A stretch of DNA of 64,000 nt from Alphaproteobacteria bacterium. GTDB lineage: Bacteria; Pseudomonadota; Alphaproteobacteria; UBA7985; JAUIBT01. Under the pieces are notes generated by a model. That model saw only the letters and a list, made by a program, of their open reading frames with translations. It did no database searches and had not been told where the DNA came from. The DNA lies in the NCBI GenBank assembly GCA_030428255.1, contig JAUIBT010000020.1, positions 9,380-73,379 of the forward strand, written 5' to 3'. The translations under genes and the position numbers were made by a program. Positions 29,741 through 39,572 of this stretch are shown in pieces. Position 1 is the stretch's first letter. Every line of letters starts with the position of its first letter.

Positions 29741-30435
29741 GACTCGGGCGCGGGCTGCACCTTGGGTTCGCGATTTTGGCAGGGCGAGAAGGGCGAACGA
29801 AAAAAATGTTCGCGCAAACGCGATGGGCGAAATCCGCCGCGCAAGCCCTGCTTCAAACCGGCGCGTACTTTGCCCATGCCGCCGAAGATCGACAGCACGT
29901 TTTCAATCCGTCGTCGGACAAAGGCTTCGGTGGTCGCCAAATCCTCACTTTGGTCATTCAGCCAAACCAGCAGGCTTGAGGAATAGACACCGCTCAGCAG
30001 CAGGCGCTTGGTGTGGCGGTTATAGTCTGTCGCCGTGTCGCCGGCGACCTTCCACATGGCATCGACCGTGCGATAGAGTGCTGCGGTGGCCGCCGGAGCA
30101 TGCACCGGCATCGCAAGCACCGCCAGCCCGCGCCGTATGGCTTCGCGCTCGTGCTGGTGTTGATCAAAACGCGTCATAATCAATGACTTGATCTTGTCGC
30201 GTACTTTCTGACTCTCAAACCACTCTTGGCCCGAAGTGGCCTCGACCAAGCGCTCGTCGCCCAAGCTTGAGTGGGCCAGCACCAGGTCGATCGGTCGGTG
30301 GGGGAAAATGTCAAAGGCCACCGCCTCGTCGATCTCCAGGGCCTCTGCGGCCTGGCGCAGCGCGGTGTCGGTCCAGCCGTCGAAGGCGGCCATCTCAGCG
30401 GTCTTGTCGATCAATCGCTTTTGCAGATCAGTCAT
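29737..30435 (-). CDS. COQ9-like / 'rpsU-divergently transcribed' family protein
   Basis: Alphaproteobacterial COQ9-family sequence (..QKRLIDKTAEMAAFDGWTD..). It sits divergent from rpsU as is typical for this family. Start chosen at the internal ATG 30435 (the ORF-track start at 30534 is an alternative). Confidence 0.75.
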   Translation of the reverse strand: MTDLQKRLIDKTAEMAAFDGWTDTALRQAAEALEIDEAVAFDIFPHRPIDLVLAHSSLGDERLVEATSGQEWFESQKVRDKIKSLIMTRFDQHQHEREAIRRGLAVLAMPVHAPAATAALYRTVDAMWKVAGDTATDYNRHTKRLLLSGVYSSSLLVWLNDQSEDLATTEAFVRRRIENVLSIFGGMGKVRAGLKQGLRGGFRPSRLREHFFRSPFSPCQNREPKVQPAPES

Positions 30436-30647
30436 TGGAGTCTTGGGAGAAAACTGCACAAAGGGCCTCCTTTTTTTACTCTGACCCCTAAGGTGGTCCA
30501 GGATCGGGGCTTTGCCAAGGCGCTTCGGTGCCACAGGTCAGCAAATTCGATGAAAAAGCCGGTGATTACCGCCCGGCAAGGCTTCACATCCGTGTGCCCC
30601 TATGCTAGGGAACGGCTCCCTTATGTTAATTAGATCAGGATAGCTCT

Positions 30648-30851
30648 GTGGAAGTAAGTGTCCGCGACAACAACGTTGATCAAGCCCTGCGCGCTCTTAA
30701 GAAGAAACTGCAGCGCGAAGGCGTATTTCGTGAAATGAAACTGCGTCGTCACTTCGAAAAGCCTAGCCAGCGCCGCAAGCGCGAGAAGGCCGAAGCTGTA
30801 CGTCGTTACCGTAAAGTTATGCGCAAGCGCCTCGAGCGCGAAGGCTTCTAA
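30648..30851 (+). CDS. rpsU: 30S ribosomal protein S21
   Basis: GTG start with an [63 protein letters not shown]. Confidence 0.95.
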   Translation: MEVSVRDNNVDQALRALKKKLQREGVFREMKLRRHFEKPSQRRKREKAEAVRRYRKVMRKRLEREGF

Positions 30852-30944
30852 AGTCGACCAAACGTTACGGTTGGCTCAACAGTCTTGTTGATCAAAGCGG
30901 GCAGGCGGCCCACGAGCGAGCCGCGCACCGTTTGAGCGCCGCCC

Positions 30945-31553
30945 ATGTTCGACTCCCGTCTCCGCCCCCTTATCGACCCGCCCCTCAATTCTGTGGGGCG
31001 TGTTTTGGCGCGCCTGGGTCTCACCGCAGATCAGGTGACGCTGCTGGGTTTTGGCTTGGGGCTTCTGGCCCTGCCAGCCCTGTGGCAACAGAACTATGCC
31101 CTCGCGCTGGTCTTTATCGCAACGAACCGTTTGGCCGATGGGCTCGACGGCGCGGTGGCGCGTGCCACCAAGCCCAGCGATCGCGGGGGCTTTCTTGATA
31201 TCTGCCTCGATTTTCTGTTTTATGCCGCCATTCCGCTTGGCTTCGCGTTGGCTGACCCCGGGCAAAATGCCCTGGCGGCTGCGGTCTTGCTGGCGGCGTT
31301 TATCGGGACGGGCTCCAGTTTTCTGGCCTTTGCGGTCATGGCAGAAAAGCACGGGATCGAAACCCAAGCTCAGGGCAAGAAAGCTTTCTATTACTTAGAA
31401 GGCTTGACCGAGGGCGCTGAGACCATCGCCTGCTTTGTGCTCATGTGCGTGTTTCCAGATTGGTTCCCAGCCGTGGCGCTGATCTTTGCCGCCATGTGTG
31501 CCGTGACCATCGTAACGCGCGTTGTTCGCGGTTGGCAGAGCTTTGCGGAGTAG
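30945..31553 (+). CDS. CDP-alcohol phosphatidyltransferase family protein
   Basis: Multi-TM protein carrying the family motif DGxDGxxAR in DGLDGAVAR...G..LD. Confidence 0.8.
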   Translation: MFDSRLRPLIDPPLNSVGRVLARLGLTADQVTLLGFGLGLLALPALWQQNYALALVFIATNRLADGLDGAVARATKPSDRGGFLDICLDFLFYAAIPLGFALADPGQNALAAAVLLAAFIGTGSSFLAFAVMAEKHGIETQAQGKKAFYYLEGLTEGAETIACFVLMCVFPDWFPAVALIFAAMCAVTIVTRVVRGWQSFAE

Positions 31554-31609
31554 GGCCGGGCTCAAACTGCCGCTTTTATCTGTGCAAAGCCTGCCCGCGA
31601 ACCGCTGGA

Positions 31610-31984
31610 TTAGGCGCTCGGCTCCAGTTTAACCGGCTGGCCGTGGGGCGTGCGGTTGTAGGCCGCCTCCCAGTCCGCCCGGCGCTGGTCCATGTCCTGG
31701 CGCGATATGCCAGCTTGCTGCGCACTCAGGCGCTCCAAGGCATCAACCACCGCCAGATAGTAGGTCTCCAGCGTATCTGCGGCGCCGCGCGCCTCGGCAG
31801 CGGCCAGCGCTGCACCCAGGGTCCGGGCCCAGTCCTGGGCGCTAAAGTGCCCGGCATTGACCAGCGAGTCGGCCAGTGCCAAAGCTTGGGCTTGCCAGGG
31901 CTCATCGAAGACCGGTTGCGGCGGTGCCAGCGGGTCGTCAGGCTGGAACAAGGTAGGCCTCCCACAAATCCAAGGTGACGTCAT
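31610..31984 (-). CDS. Nitrile hydratase accessory/activator protein (start uncertain; alternative TTG ~31954 has a GGGAGG RBS)
   Basis: Conserved accessory-protein motif PVFDEPWQAQALALA in a ~115-125-aa product directly after the beta subunit. It overlaps the beta 3' end. The upstream part of the ORF-track ORF is an out-of-frame read through beta. Confidence 0.7.
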   Translation of the reverse strand: MTSPWICGRPTLFQPDDPLAPPQPVFDEPWQAQALALADSLVNAGHFSAQDWARTLGAALAAAEARGAADTLETYYLAVVDALERLSAQQAGISRQDMDQRRADWEAAYNRTPHGQPVKLEPSA

Positions 31985-32600
31985 CGCGTGGATCAGCCTC
32001 GGGGCCCCAAAGATCCGCTGCCGAAAAGGCCACCGTATAGAGCGCCTGGTAGTCCTTTTTGCCCTCAGCGCCCCGCTCGGGCACAGCGTGCGCCCCGTGG
32101 TGGGCCAAGATGCGGCCTTCGACGCCGCGTGCGTAGCGCGGCAAGCGGGTATGAGCGCCGGGCGGGGGAATACGCAGAGTGCGCACGGCATCGCCAGCCG
32201 CAAAGGCGGGCGGCGTATCGCAAGCCCCTTCAAAGCTGATATTGGCTTGGGCGTTGCTTGCCAAGACATCGTCGATGCTCTTGGGGGCTGCTTCGGCTTC
32301 TTTCGCCAGCAGGTGGCCGCGCTTGACGTCCTCTAAGGTGATGGAGCCGTGGTCGAGCATCAGCATGAGGTAGTTGGCGCACCACTTGTTGAAGTAGGCA
32401 AAGCTCAGGTAATCGCTGGGCACCATCCGCTCCAAGCCGTGGCGGAACCAATCAATTGTCACGCCCTGGGCGACACCTGAGCGCGCCAGGCCCCACATGC
32501 GTTTTTCCCAGTCCGCCAGCGCGGCAAAATCCTTGTCTCCGGTGGCGATGGGAATGGGGCCAAAGCCCTGCATGCCGCCTAGATCGTGTATCGCATCCAT
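31938..32600 (-). CDS. nthB: Nitrile hydratase beta subunit
   Basis: MDAIHDLGGMQGFGPI N-terminus, ..GDAVRTL.., ..RLPRYARG..G.I..HHGA.. and LYTVAFSAADLWGPE, all typical of NHase beta. The ATG overlaps the alpha stop (TAATG). Confidence 0.88.
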   Translation of the reverse strand: MDAIHDLGGMQGFGPIPIATGDKDFAALADWEKRMWGLARSGVAQGVTIDWFRHGLERMVPSDYLSFAYFNKWCANYLMLMLDHGSITLEDVKRGHLLAKEAEAAPKSIDDVLASNAQANISFEGACDTPPAFAAGDAVRTLRIPPPGAHTRLPRYARGVEGRILAHHGAHAVPERGAEGKKDYQALYTVAFSAADLWGPEADPRDDVTLDLWEAYLVPA

Positions 32601-33241
32601 TATGAGGCCTCCAGTGGCAGGTCGCGTTGGGTGCCGATCATAGAATTTCGGGTCACGATGGCGGCTAGCGCCTCTTCGCTCCAACCTTGCGTGCCCGCCG
32701 GGCGCTGTGGCACCACCAGATAGCGCAACTCGGCGGTGCTGTCCCAAACCCGCACAGCCACATCGTCGGCCAGCGCGACACCAAACTCGCTTAGAACCTG
32801 ACGCGGTTCGCGCACGGCTCGCGCTCGATATTCGGCCGATTTGTACCACGACGGCGACATGCCAAGGATCGAAAACGGGTAGCAAGAGCAAAGCGTGCAG
32901 ACCACCATGTTGTGCTGTCTGTCGGTATTTGCGACCGCTTTCAGGTGGCCCGTAGCGCTGCCTTGAAAGCCCAAATCTTTGATCGCTTCGGCGGCGTCTT
33001 CTAGCAAGCGCGCATGAAAGTCGGCGTCCAACCAGGCCCGCGCCACCACTTGCGCACCCCGTTTGGGGCCAATGTGTTCGCTGTAGGCCTCCACCCAGGC
33101 ATCAACGGTTTGCGGCGCGACTAGGCCTCGCTCTATGGCCAGGCTCTCGAGTGTTTTGACCCGCAACGCGGGGTCCGACGGCAGGTGGCTGTGAAGCTCG
33201 CGGTGCAGGTGCGCAGCGTTTTCGCTATCAAACGTGGCCAT
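32600..33241 (-). CDS. nthA: Nitrile hydratase alpha subunit (cobalt-type)
   Basis: Metal-binding motif VCTLCSCYP, where the Thr/Tyr signature indicates Co-type. Confidence 0.9.
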   Translation of the reverse strand: MATFDSENAAHLHRELHSHLPSDPALRVKTLESLAIERGLVAPQTVDAWVEAYSEHIGPKRGAQVVARAWLDADFHARLLEDAAEAIKDLGFQGSATGHLKAVANTDRQHNMVVCTLCSCYPFSILGMSPSWYKSAEYRARAVREPRQVLSEFGVALADDVAVRVWDSTAELRYLVVPQRPAGTQGWSEEALAAIVTRNSMIGTQRDLPLEAS

Positions 33242-33368
33242 TCGGCTCTCCTCGGTTGCGTTCGTGGGGGGCGATTTTCGACATCAGCCGCGCCGCAAGT
33301 GTGGCATAGCCACCGGTCAACAGCAATGGGCGCTTGCAATTCAGGCGTGCTCGCGCTCAGTCTTGCGC

Positions 33369-34181
33369 ATGTCGCCCTTGCTTGATCCAGCCGCTTACGC
33401 CCGCCGCATCCTGGCGGCCCTTGCAACCCTTGTGCTTATGGCGCTGCTGAGCCTTGGCCTGGCGGGCTGGACCTCTGCGGGCTTTCTGGCGCGCGTTCAA
33501 AGCGAAGCCGCCAGCCTGGACGGCTACCACATCCCAAAGCTCAGTCGTCACATCCGGGTTGAGCGCGACGGCGCGCTCTTGCTCAGCGCTCGGCTCAGTG
33601 GCCCTGCAGTGTTGCGGGCCCAGACTTCCGGCCATGCCGAGCTTGATTTGCGCCTGACCTTGGAGCCCGAGCGCCTGGACCTGCGCCGCCTGCTGGAGGC
33701 GCGGATCGACAAGCAGGTTGCGCCGCTGGCTCGCCTGGGCCGGTTTCAGTCCGCGAACGCACGCTTTGGCAATGACGACATTGCCATAGCTGCAGATGTT
33801 CCTGTTACTCTGTCCTTGGGGCTCTTGCCTGGGGCCGAGCAAAGCTGGCCCGCGCGTATCACAGCCAGCGCTAAGCCCGAGGCCAAAGATGGCCGCCTAA
33901 GCCTGCGCTTGCGGTATCGCAGCCTCAGTTTTCAAGGCTCGACTCCGCCCGGCATGTTAGGCGAGGCGCGCAAGCGAGCCCGAGAGCGCCTGAACCGCCG
34001 CTTGTATCCTCGCCTGGCTCTGCCACCTGGCTGGCAGGTCCTAGATGCGCGGATCGAAGACGGGGTCATGGTGCTGCGAGTCTCCTATCGCGATGCCGCA
34101 CGGCCCTGGTTTTGCTCGCCACCGGGGCTGCAATCCCCACTGGTCTGTGGATTCTTGCGCGCTATGAGCCGATTTCTTTAG
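33369..34181 (+). CDS. Hypothetical membrane-anchored protein
   Basis: The ATG at 33369 gives MSPLLDPAAYARRILAALATLVLMALLSLGLAGW (N-terminal TM). No recognisable domain. It is divergent from the NHase operon. Confidence 0.5.
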   Translation: MSPLLDPAAYARRILAALATLVLMALLSLGLAGWTSAGFLARVQSEAASLDGYHIPKLSRHIRVERDGALLLSARLSGPAVLRAQTSGHAELDLRLTLEPERLDLRRLLEARIDKQVAPLARLGRFQSANARFGNDDIAIAADVPVTLSLGLLPGAEQSWPARITASAKPEAKDGRLSLRLRYRSLSFQGSTPPGMLGEARKRARERLNRRLYPRLALPPGWQVLDARIEDGVMVLRVSYRDAARPWFCSPPGLQSPLVCGFLRAMSRFL

Positions 34182-34269
34182 CCGTGCCACTCACAAAGGC
34201 TTGAGCAGCCTAGGAAACAAGCGTTTCGCCCTTGTTTTGCTCAGCAGGCCGACCAACATCAGATGCAGT

Positions 34270-34440
34270 AACCAACAGTCCTGACCGGATTGACCCGTGA
34301 ATCCCCCTGTGATTCCGCTTGTTAATCCGGAGTTCCGTGAAGTTGCTCGTTCGATCCCCTAGAGCTCGTGCGTCCCGCTTTGTCGGGAGGTATTGGCTAC
34401 TTCAGACAGCGCTCCCACCCTGGATCGCTGTCTTTTTTTG
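34270..34440 (+). ncRNA. Candidate structured small RNA / 3'-UTR element ending in an intrinsic terminator
   Basis: Nested hairpins (CCGGATT..GAATC..GATTC..AATCCGG and TCCCGctttgtCGGGA) followed by GACAGCG-N14-CGCTGTC + T7 (34405-34440). It sits in a 490-bp non-coding gap upstream of mdh. The 5' end is not defined. Confidence 0.4.
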
Positions 34441-34644
34441 TCGCGATCGCCCCCAATCCCCCGCGACCAAAGACAGTCAAGAGCCCCACACTGTGCCTTA
34501 ACAAACTTGACTTGTTTTGGCGGCCCGGCGCGCTTGGCCTCCCCCATATCCGCTGCTCGCATTAGACTAGTGAGACATTTAGCCCCTACCGTCATGGCGG
34601 CAAGGCGTGTCGCACGCTTGCCACTTGGCGTCGCTCTGGGTTAA

Positions 34645-35646
<1,002 letters not shown>

Positions 35647-35796
35647 CCGCCCGGCAGCTCACATGTGGCGCTAGATCGGCTGTTGGCCGTGGTGTCTCGC
35701 GCTTGCGAGGCCCACAGCCCAGCCCGCGCCCCACTTTCCAGCTCTTGCGCCGCCCGACGGTCTGCGCGCTTTGGAGCTGAAGCAAGGAGTTCCTTA

Positions 35797-37005
35797 ATGA
35801 ATATTCACGAGTACCAAGGCAAAGAGCTGTTGGCCCAGTTCGGCGTTGCCACGCCCAAGGGTCAGGTTGCCTTCAACCTGGACGAAGTCCGCCAAGCCGC
35901 CGAAGCGCTGGGCGGCCCGGTTTGGGTGGTCAAGTCACAAATCCACGCAGGCGGGCGCGGTGCCGGCCACTTCAAGCACGACCCTGAGCGCGTCAACGGC
36001 GGCGGCGTTAAGGTCGTGGTCAACGGCACCATCGACGATGTGGTCAAAGCGGCCGAAAACATGCTGGGCAACGTGTTGGTCACCAAGCAGACCGGCCCCG
36101 AAGGCAAGCAGGTCAACCGCCTGTTGATCGCCGACGGCGTGGACATCGAGCGCGAGCTCTACCTGGCTCTGTTGGTCGACCGTGGCTCTTCGCGCGTCAC
36201 CATTGTTGCCTCGCAAGAAGGCGGCATGGAGATCGAGGAAGTGGCGGCGGAAAGCCCGGAAAAAATCATCCAGGTCTCCATCGACCCGGCAACCGGCATT
36301 CAAGGCCATCACTGCCGCACCATCTGCTTTGCGCTGGGCTTGACCGACAAGGCCCAGATGAAGTCAGCCACCAAGTTCTTGCAAGGCATGTACCAGGCCT
36401 TCGTTGAAAAAGACTGCGCCATGGTCGAAATCAACCCGCTGGTTGTGACCAAGCAAGGCGAAGTTTCGGCGCTGGACGCCAAGGTCAGCTTTGACGACAA
36501 CGCGCTGTTCCGCCACCGCGACGTGCAGGACATGCGCGATGAGAGCGAAGAAGAAGCCAGCGAGCTGGAAGCGGTCAAGTGGGACCTGAACTACGTCAAG
36601 CTAGACGGTGAAATTGGCTGTATGGTCAACGGCGCTGGGCTGGCTATGGCCACCATGGATATCATTAAGCTGTACGGCTCTGAGCCTGCCAACTTCCTGG
36701 ACGTGGGCGGCGGCGCGACCGAAGAGCGCGTCAAGGCGGCCTTCGGCATCATCACCCGCGATCCCAACGTTAAGGGCATCTTGGTCAACATCTTTGGCGG
36801 CATCATGAAGTGTGACATCATCGCCAAGGGCGTGGTCGCGGCCGTGCAAGAGCTGGGCCTGAACGTGCCCCTGGTGGTGCGACTGGAAGGCACCAACGTT
36901 GAGCTGGGCAAGCAGATCATGGCCGAGTCTGGCCTGAACATCATCCCGGCCGACAACCTGGCCGATGCGGCTGAAAAAATCACCCAAGCGGTAAAAGGAG
37001 CATAA
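35797..37005 (+). CDS. sucC: Succinyl-CoA synthetase beta subunit
   Basis: [17 protein letters not shown]... ATP-grasp domain plus the CoA-ligase domain. An AAGGAG RBS precedes it. Confidence 0.95.
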   Translation: MNIHEYQGKELLAQFGVATPKGQVAFNLDEVRQAAEALGGPVWVVKSQIHAGGRGAGHFKHDPERVNGGGVKVVVNGTIDDVVKAAENMLGNVLVTKQTGPEGKQVNRLLIADGVDIERELYLALLVDRGSSRVTIVASQEGGMEIEEVAAESPEKIIQVSIDPATGIQGHHCRTICFALGLTDKAQMKSATKFLQGMYQAFVEKDCAMVEINPLVVTKQGEVSALDAKVSFDDNALFRHRDVQDMRDESEEEASELEAVKWDLNYVKLDGEIGCMVNGAGLAMATMDIIKLYGSEPANFLDVGGGATEERVKAAFGIITRDPNVKGILVNIFGGIMKCDIIAKGVVAAVQELGLNVPLVVRLEGTNVELGKQIMAESGLNIIPADNLADAAEKITQAVKGA

Positions 37006-37010
37006 GAACC

Positions 37011-37886
37011 ATGGCTGTTTTGGTTGATAAGAACACAAAAGTCATCACGCAGGGCTTCACCGGCGCTCAGGGCACCTTCCACTCAGAGCAGGCAATTGCT
37101 TACGGCACACAAGTCGTTGGCGGTGTGACGCCTGGCAAAGGCGGACAGACCCACCTGGATCGCCCGGTTTTCAACTCGGTAGCAGAAGCCAAAGCTGTCA
37201 CCGGTGCCAACGCCTCGGCCATCTATGTGCCGCCGCCGTTTGCAGCAGACTCGATCATGGAAGCCATCGACGCAGAAATCGAGCTGGTGGTCTGCATCAC
37301 CGAGGGCATTCCGGTGGCCGACATGGTCAAGGTCAAGCGCTCGCTGTGCGGCTCTAAAACCCGTCTGATCGGCCCCAACTGCCCCGGAATCATCACCCCC
37401 GGCGCGTGCAAAATCGGCATTATGCCAGGGCACATCCACAGCCGCGGCAAGATCGGCGTCGTATCGCGCTCGGGCACGCTGACCTATGAGGCCGTTGCAC
37501 AAACCACCGCCGCAGGCCTGGGCCAGACCACCTGCATCGGTATCGGCGGCGATCCGGTCAACGGCACCAACTTCATCGACTGCTTGGAGCTGTTCTTGGC
37601 CGACGAAGAGACCCAGGGCATCATCATGATCGGCGAAATTGGCGGCGACGCTGAGGAGCAGGCAGCAGAGTTCTATGCCCGCTCAAAGGTCAAGAAGCCG
37701 ATCGTTGGCTTTATCGCAGGCGTCACCGCGCCTCCGGGCAAGCGCATGGGCCACGCCGGTGCGATTATCTCGGGCGGCAAGGGCGATGCGGGCTCTAAGA
37801 TCGAGGCCATGAAGTCGGCAGGCTTCCACGTCTCGGCCAGCCCCGCAGCGCTGGGCACCACCATGCTGGAGGCCATGAAGGGCTGA
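37011..37886 (+). CDS. sucD: Succinyl-CoA synthetase alpha subunit
   Basis: [24 protein letters not shown]...[11 protein letters not shown] with the phospho-His region (GHAGAII). Confidence 0.95.
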   Translation: MAVLVDKNTKVITQGFTGAQGTFHSEQAIAYGTQVVGGVTPGKGGQTHLDRPVFNSVAEAKAVTGANASAIYVPPPFAADSIMEAIDAEIELVVCITEGIPVADMVKVKRSLCGSKTRLIGPNCPGIITPGACKIGIMPGHIHSRGKIGVVSRSGTLTYEAVAQTTAAGLGQTTCIGIGGDPVNGTNFIDCLELFLADEETQGIIMIGEIGGDAEEQAAEFYARSKVKKPIVGFIAGVTAPPGKRMGHAGAIISGGKGDAGSKIEAMKSAGFHVSASPAALGTTMLEAMKG

Positions 37887-37988
37887 AAAGCGCCGGCCAG
37901 TGCCATGGTTGCTTCCGGGGCTTTGCCACGAAGTACAGTCTTTGAGCAAGCAGCGTTGATCCGCCACCTGCTCGCAACCTGACAGAAG

Positions 37989-38024
37989 AAAACCCCGAGA
38001 GTAGCTTGCTCCCGGGGTTTTTTA
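37989..38024 (+). terminator. Rho-independent terminator after sucD
   Basis: AAAACCCCGAGAGTAGCTTGCTCCCGGGGTTTTTTAT. Confidence 0.8.
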
Positions 38025-38050
38025 TCGGCTTGAAACGAAGGCGGTCGCCG

Positions 38051-38887
38051 CTACTCCGGCAGGCTAAAGCTCAGGCTGCCCCACCAGGAATGCCACACCT
38101 CGTCCCACTTGGGCTCGGTCACAGGGCGCAGTGTGACGGTGTTGGCCATGAACTGGCCGCCAGCGCTGACATCAAAGCTGACAAAGCCCTGGCCGTCGCT
38201 GCGCACAACGACGTCGCTCACCTGGCCAGCTAAGCGATGAAATAGGCGCACTTGGTTGTCCGCCAGCGGCTGCCCAGCTTCCAAGACCTGCAAGCGCACG
38301 CGGCCAGCCTGCGCATCGTGCTGGGTCATGACCAGCTCCAGCGGCATGCCCATGGCTTGATCCTTCAGCGCTCCGGCCTCGACCTGGAACAGGGCCTTGG
38401 CGGAGCGGGCATAGGTCTCAGCAAAGCCAATGTCCGGCAGCCCCCGCGCGGCGTGTTGCTCAGCAATCCCGTCCAGGCCCTCGTAGTCGATGAAGGAGGC
38501 GAAGCGCTCGGCCTCGCGCCACACCAGCTTAGAGCGCGTGGTCACCAGCCCCACGACATAAGTACCAGCTTGCTCGGCTGTGGCCTGCACGGCGGGGCGT
38601 TGACCCAAATCGCCGCCCAGCGGCGCGCGACTGCCGTCAGGGCTGGCTATAACCAAGCTGCGGATGTTGTTTGGGATCAAAGGATTACGCGAGCCCTTGA
38701 AGTCCACGCCGACCTTGAACTCGGCCTTCAACGCCGCGCCCACTGCCAGCACCGGCGCACCTTGCGGCTCGACCCAATATTCATGCGCCTCGGCGCGGGG
38801 AGCGGTGGTCAGGATCAGCGCCAGCGCTGCCATCCCCGCCAAGGCCGTGGCAAGGCCTGCCTGGATTGTGGCGTGTTTCTGTGCCAT
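38051..38887 (-). CDS. DUF4198-family periplasmic protein (putative Ni/Co-binding component), predicted mature N-terminus HEYW
   Basis: The ATG at 38887 has an AAGGAAA RBS. The signal peptide ends ...APRAEA|HEYWVEP. DUF4198-like beta-rich sequence. The ORF-track start (39094) lies further upstream. Confidence 0.65.
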   Translation of the reverse strand: MAQKHATIQAGLATALAGMAALALILTTAPRAEAHEYWVEPQGAPVLAVGAALKAEFKVGVDFKGSRNPLIPNNIRSLVIASPDGSRAPLGGDLGQRPAVQATAEQAGTYVVGLVTTRSKLVWREAERFASFIDYEGLDGIAEQHAARGLPDIGFAETYARSAKALFQVEAGALKDQAMGMPLELVMTQHDAQAGRVRLQVLEAGQPLADNQVRLFHRLAGQVSDVVVRSDGQGFVSFDVSAGGQFMANTVTLRPVTEPKWDEVWHSWWGSLSFSLPE

Positions 38888-38918
38888 GAAAGCTTTCCTT
38901 CGCGAAAGAGGACCAATT

Positions 38919-39545
38919 ATGCCCCTACTTGTGACAGCTCTTCGACCTTTGGCCAAGCCTGCGGCGACCTTTTGGATGCTCACACTTGTGTGCGGTCTGC
39001 TGTGGGGTGGGCCAGCACTGACCGGTCGCGGCCAGGCCCACGAGGTCACACCCGCCATCATCGACCTGAGTTTTGAGAAGGGCGTGTCCTTCACTCTGGC
39101 GATGACCTTGAACCTGGAATCGTTGGTTGCGCAGCTTGGCGAAGGCCACAGTGATACCTCGCAGGCCGCGAATGCCGAAGTCTACAACCGCCTGCGCGCA
39201 CTGCCGCCGAGCGAGTTGCGCAAGGAGTTCGATGCCTTCACACCGACGCTGCTAAAGGGCATGGTGGTCGAGATCGACGGCAAGCCGGTGCCGACCTTCG
39301 TCAAGCGCCTGGCCATTCCGGAGGTGGGTGATTTGGACTTGCCGCGCGAATCGCTGCTTGAAATCTCCGGCGCTTTGCCGCGCGGTGCCAACGGCCTGAC
39401 CTGGCGCTGGTCGCCGACCTTCGGTGCCGCCATTTTGCGCGAGCGCAAGGCCGACGGCAAACTGGGCTATTCTGACTATCTCAGCGGCGGAGCGGGCAGC
39501 GCGGAAATCGCCTTGCCCAAAAAGAACTGGTGGGAGCTGTTTTAG
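38919..39545 (+). CDS. Hypothetical secreted protein, predicted mature N-terminus (A)HEV
   Basis: The ATG at 38919 has an AGAGGA RBS. The signal peptide ends ...GRGQA|HEVTPAIIDL. It is divergent (31-bp gap) from the DUF4198 gene. Confidence 0.55.
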   Translation: MPLLVTALRPLAKPAATFWMLTLVCGLLWGGPALTGRGQAHEVTPAIIDLSFEKGVSFTLAMTLNLESLVAQLGEGHSDTSQAANAEVYNRLRALPPSELRKEFDAFTPTLLKGMVVEIDGKPVPTFVKRLAIPEVGDLDLPRESLLEISGALPRGANGLTWRWSPTFGAAILRERKADGKLGYSDYLSGGAGSAEIALPKKNWWELF

Positions 39546-39572
39546 CGCCGTGTTGCGGCCGCTCCAGCATGG

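Noticed and set aside
31610-32269. 219-aa ORF-track ORF covering the NHase activator
   Set aside because: Only the C-terminal ~115-125 aa show the activator motif. The N-terminal ~95 aa are an alternative-frame read through the beta-subunit gene, so the call was shortened.
34340-34375. tRNA-like GTTCGATCCCC motif upstream of mdh
   Set aside because: No acceptor stem, D-arm or anticodon-arm pairing could be built around it. Treated as part of the candidate sRNA instead.
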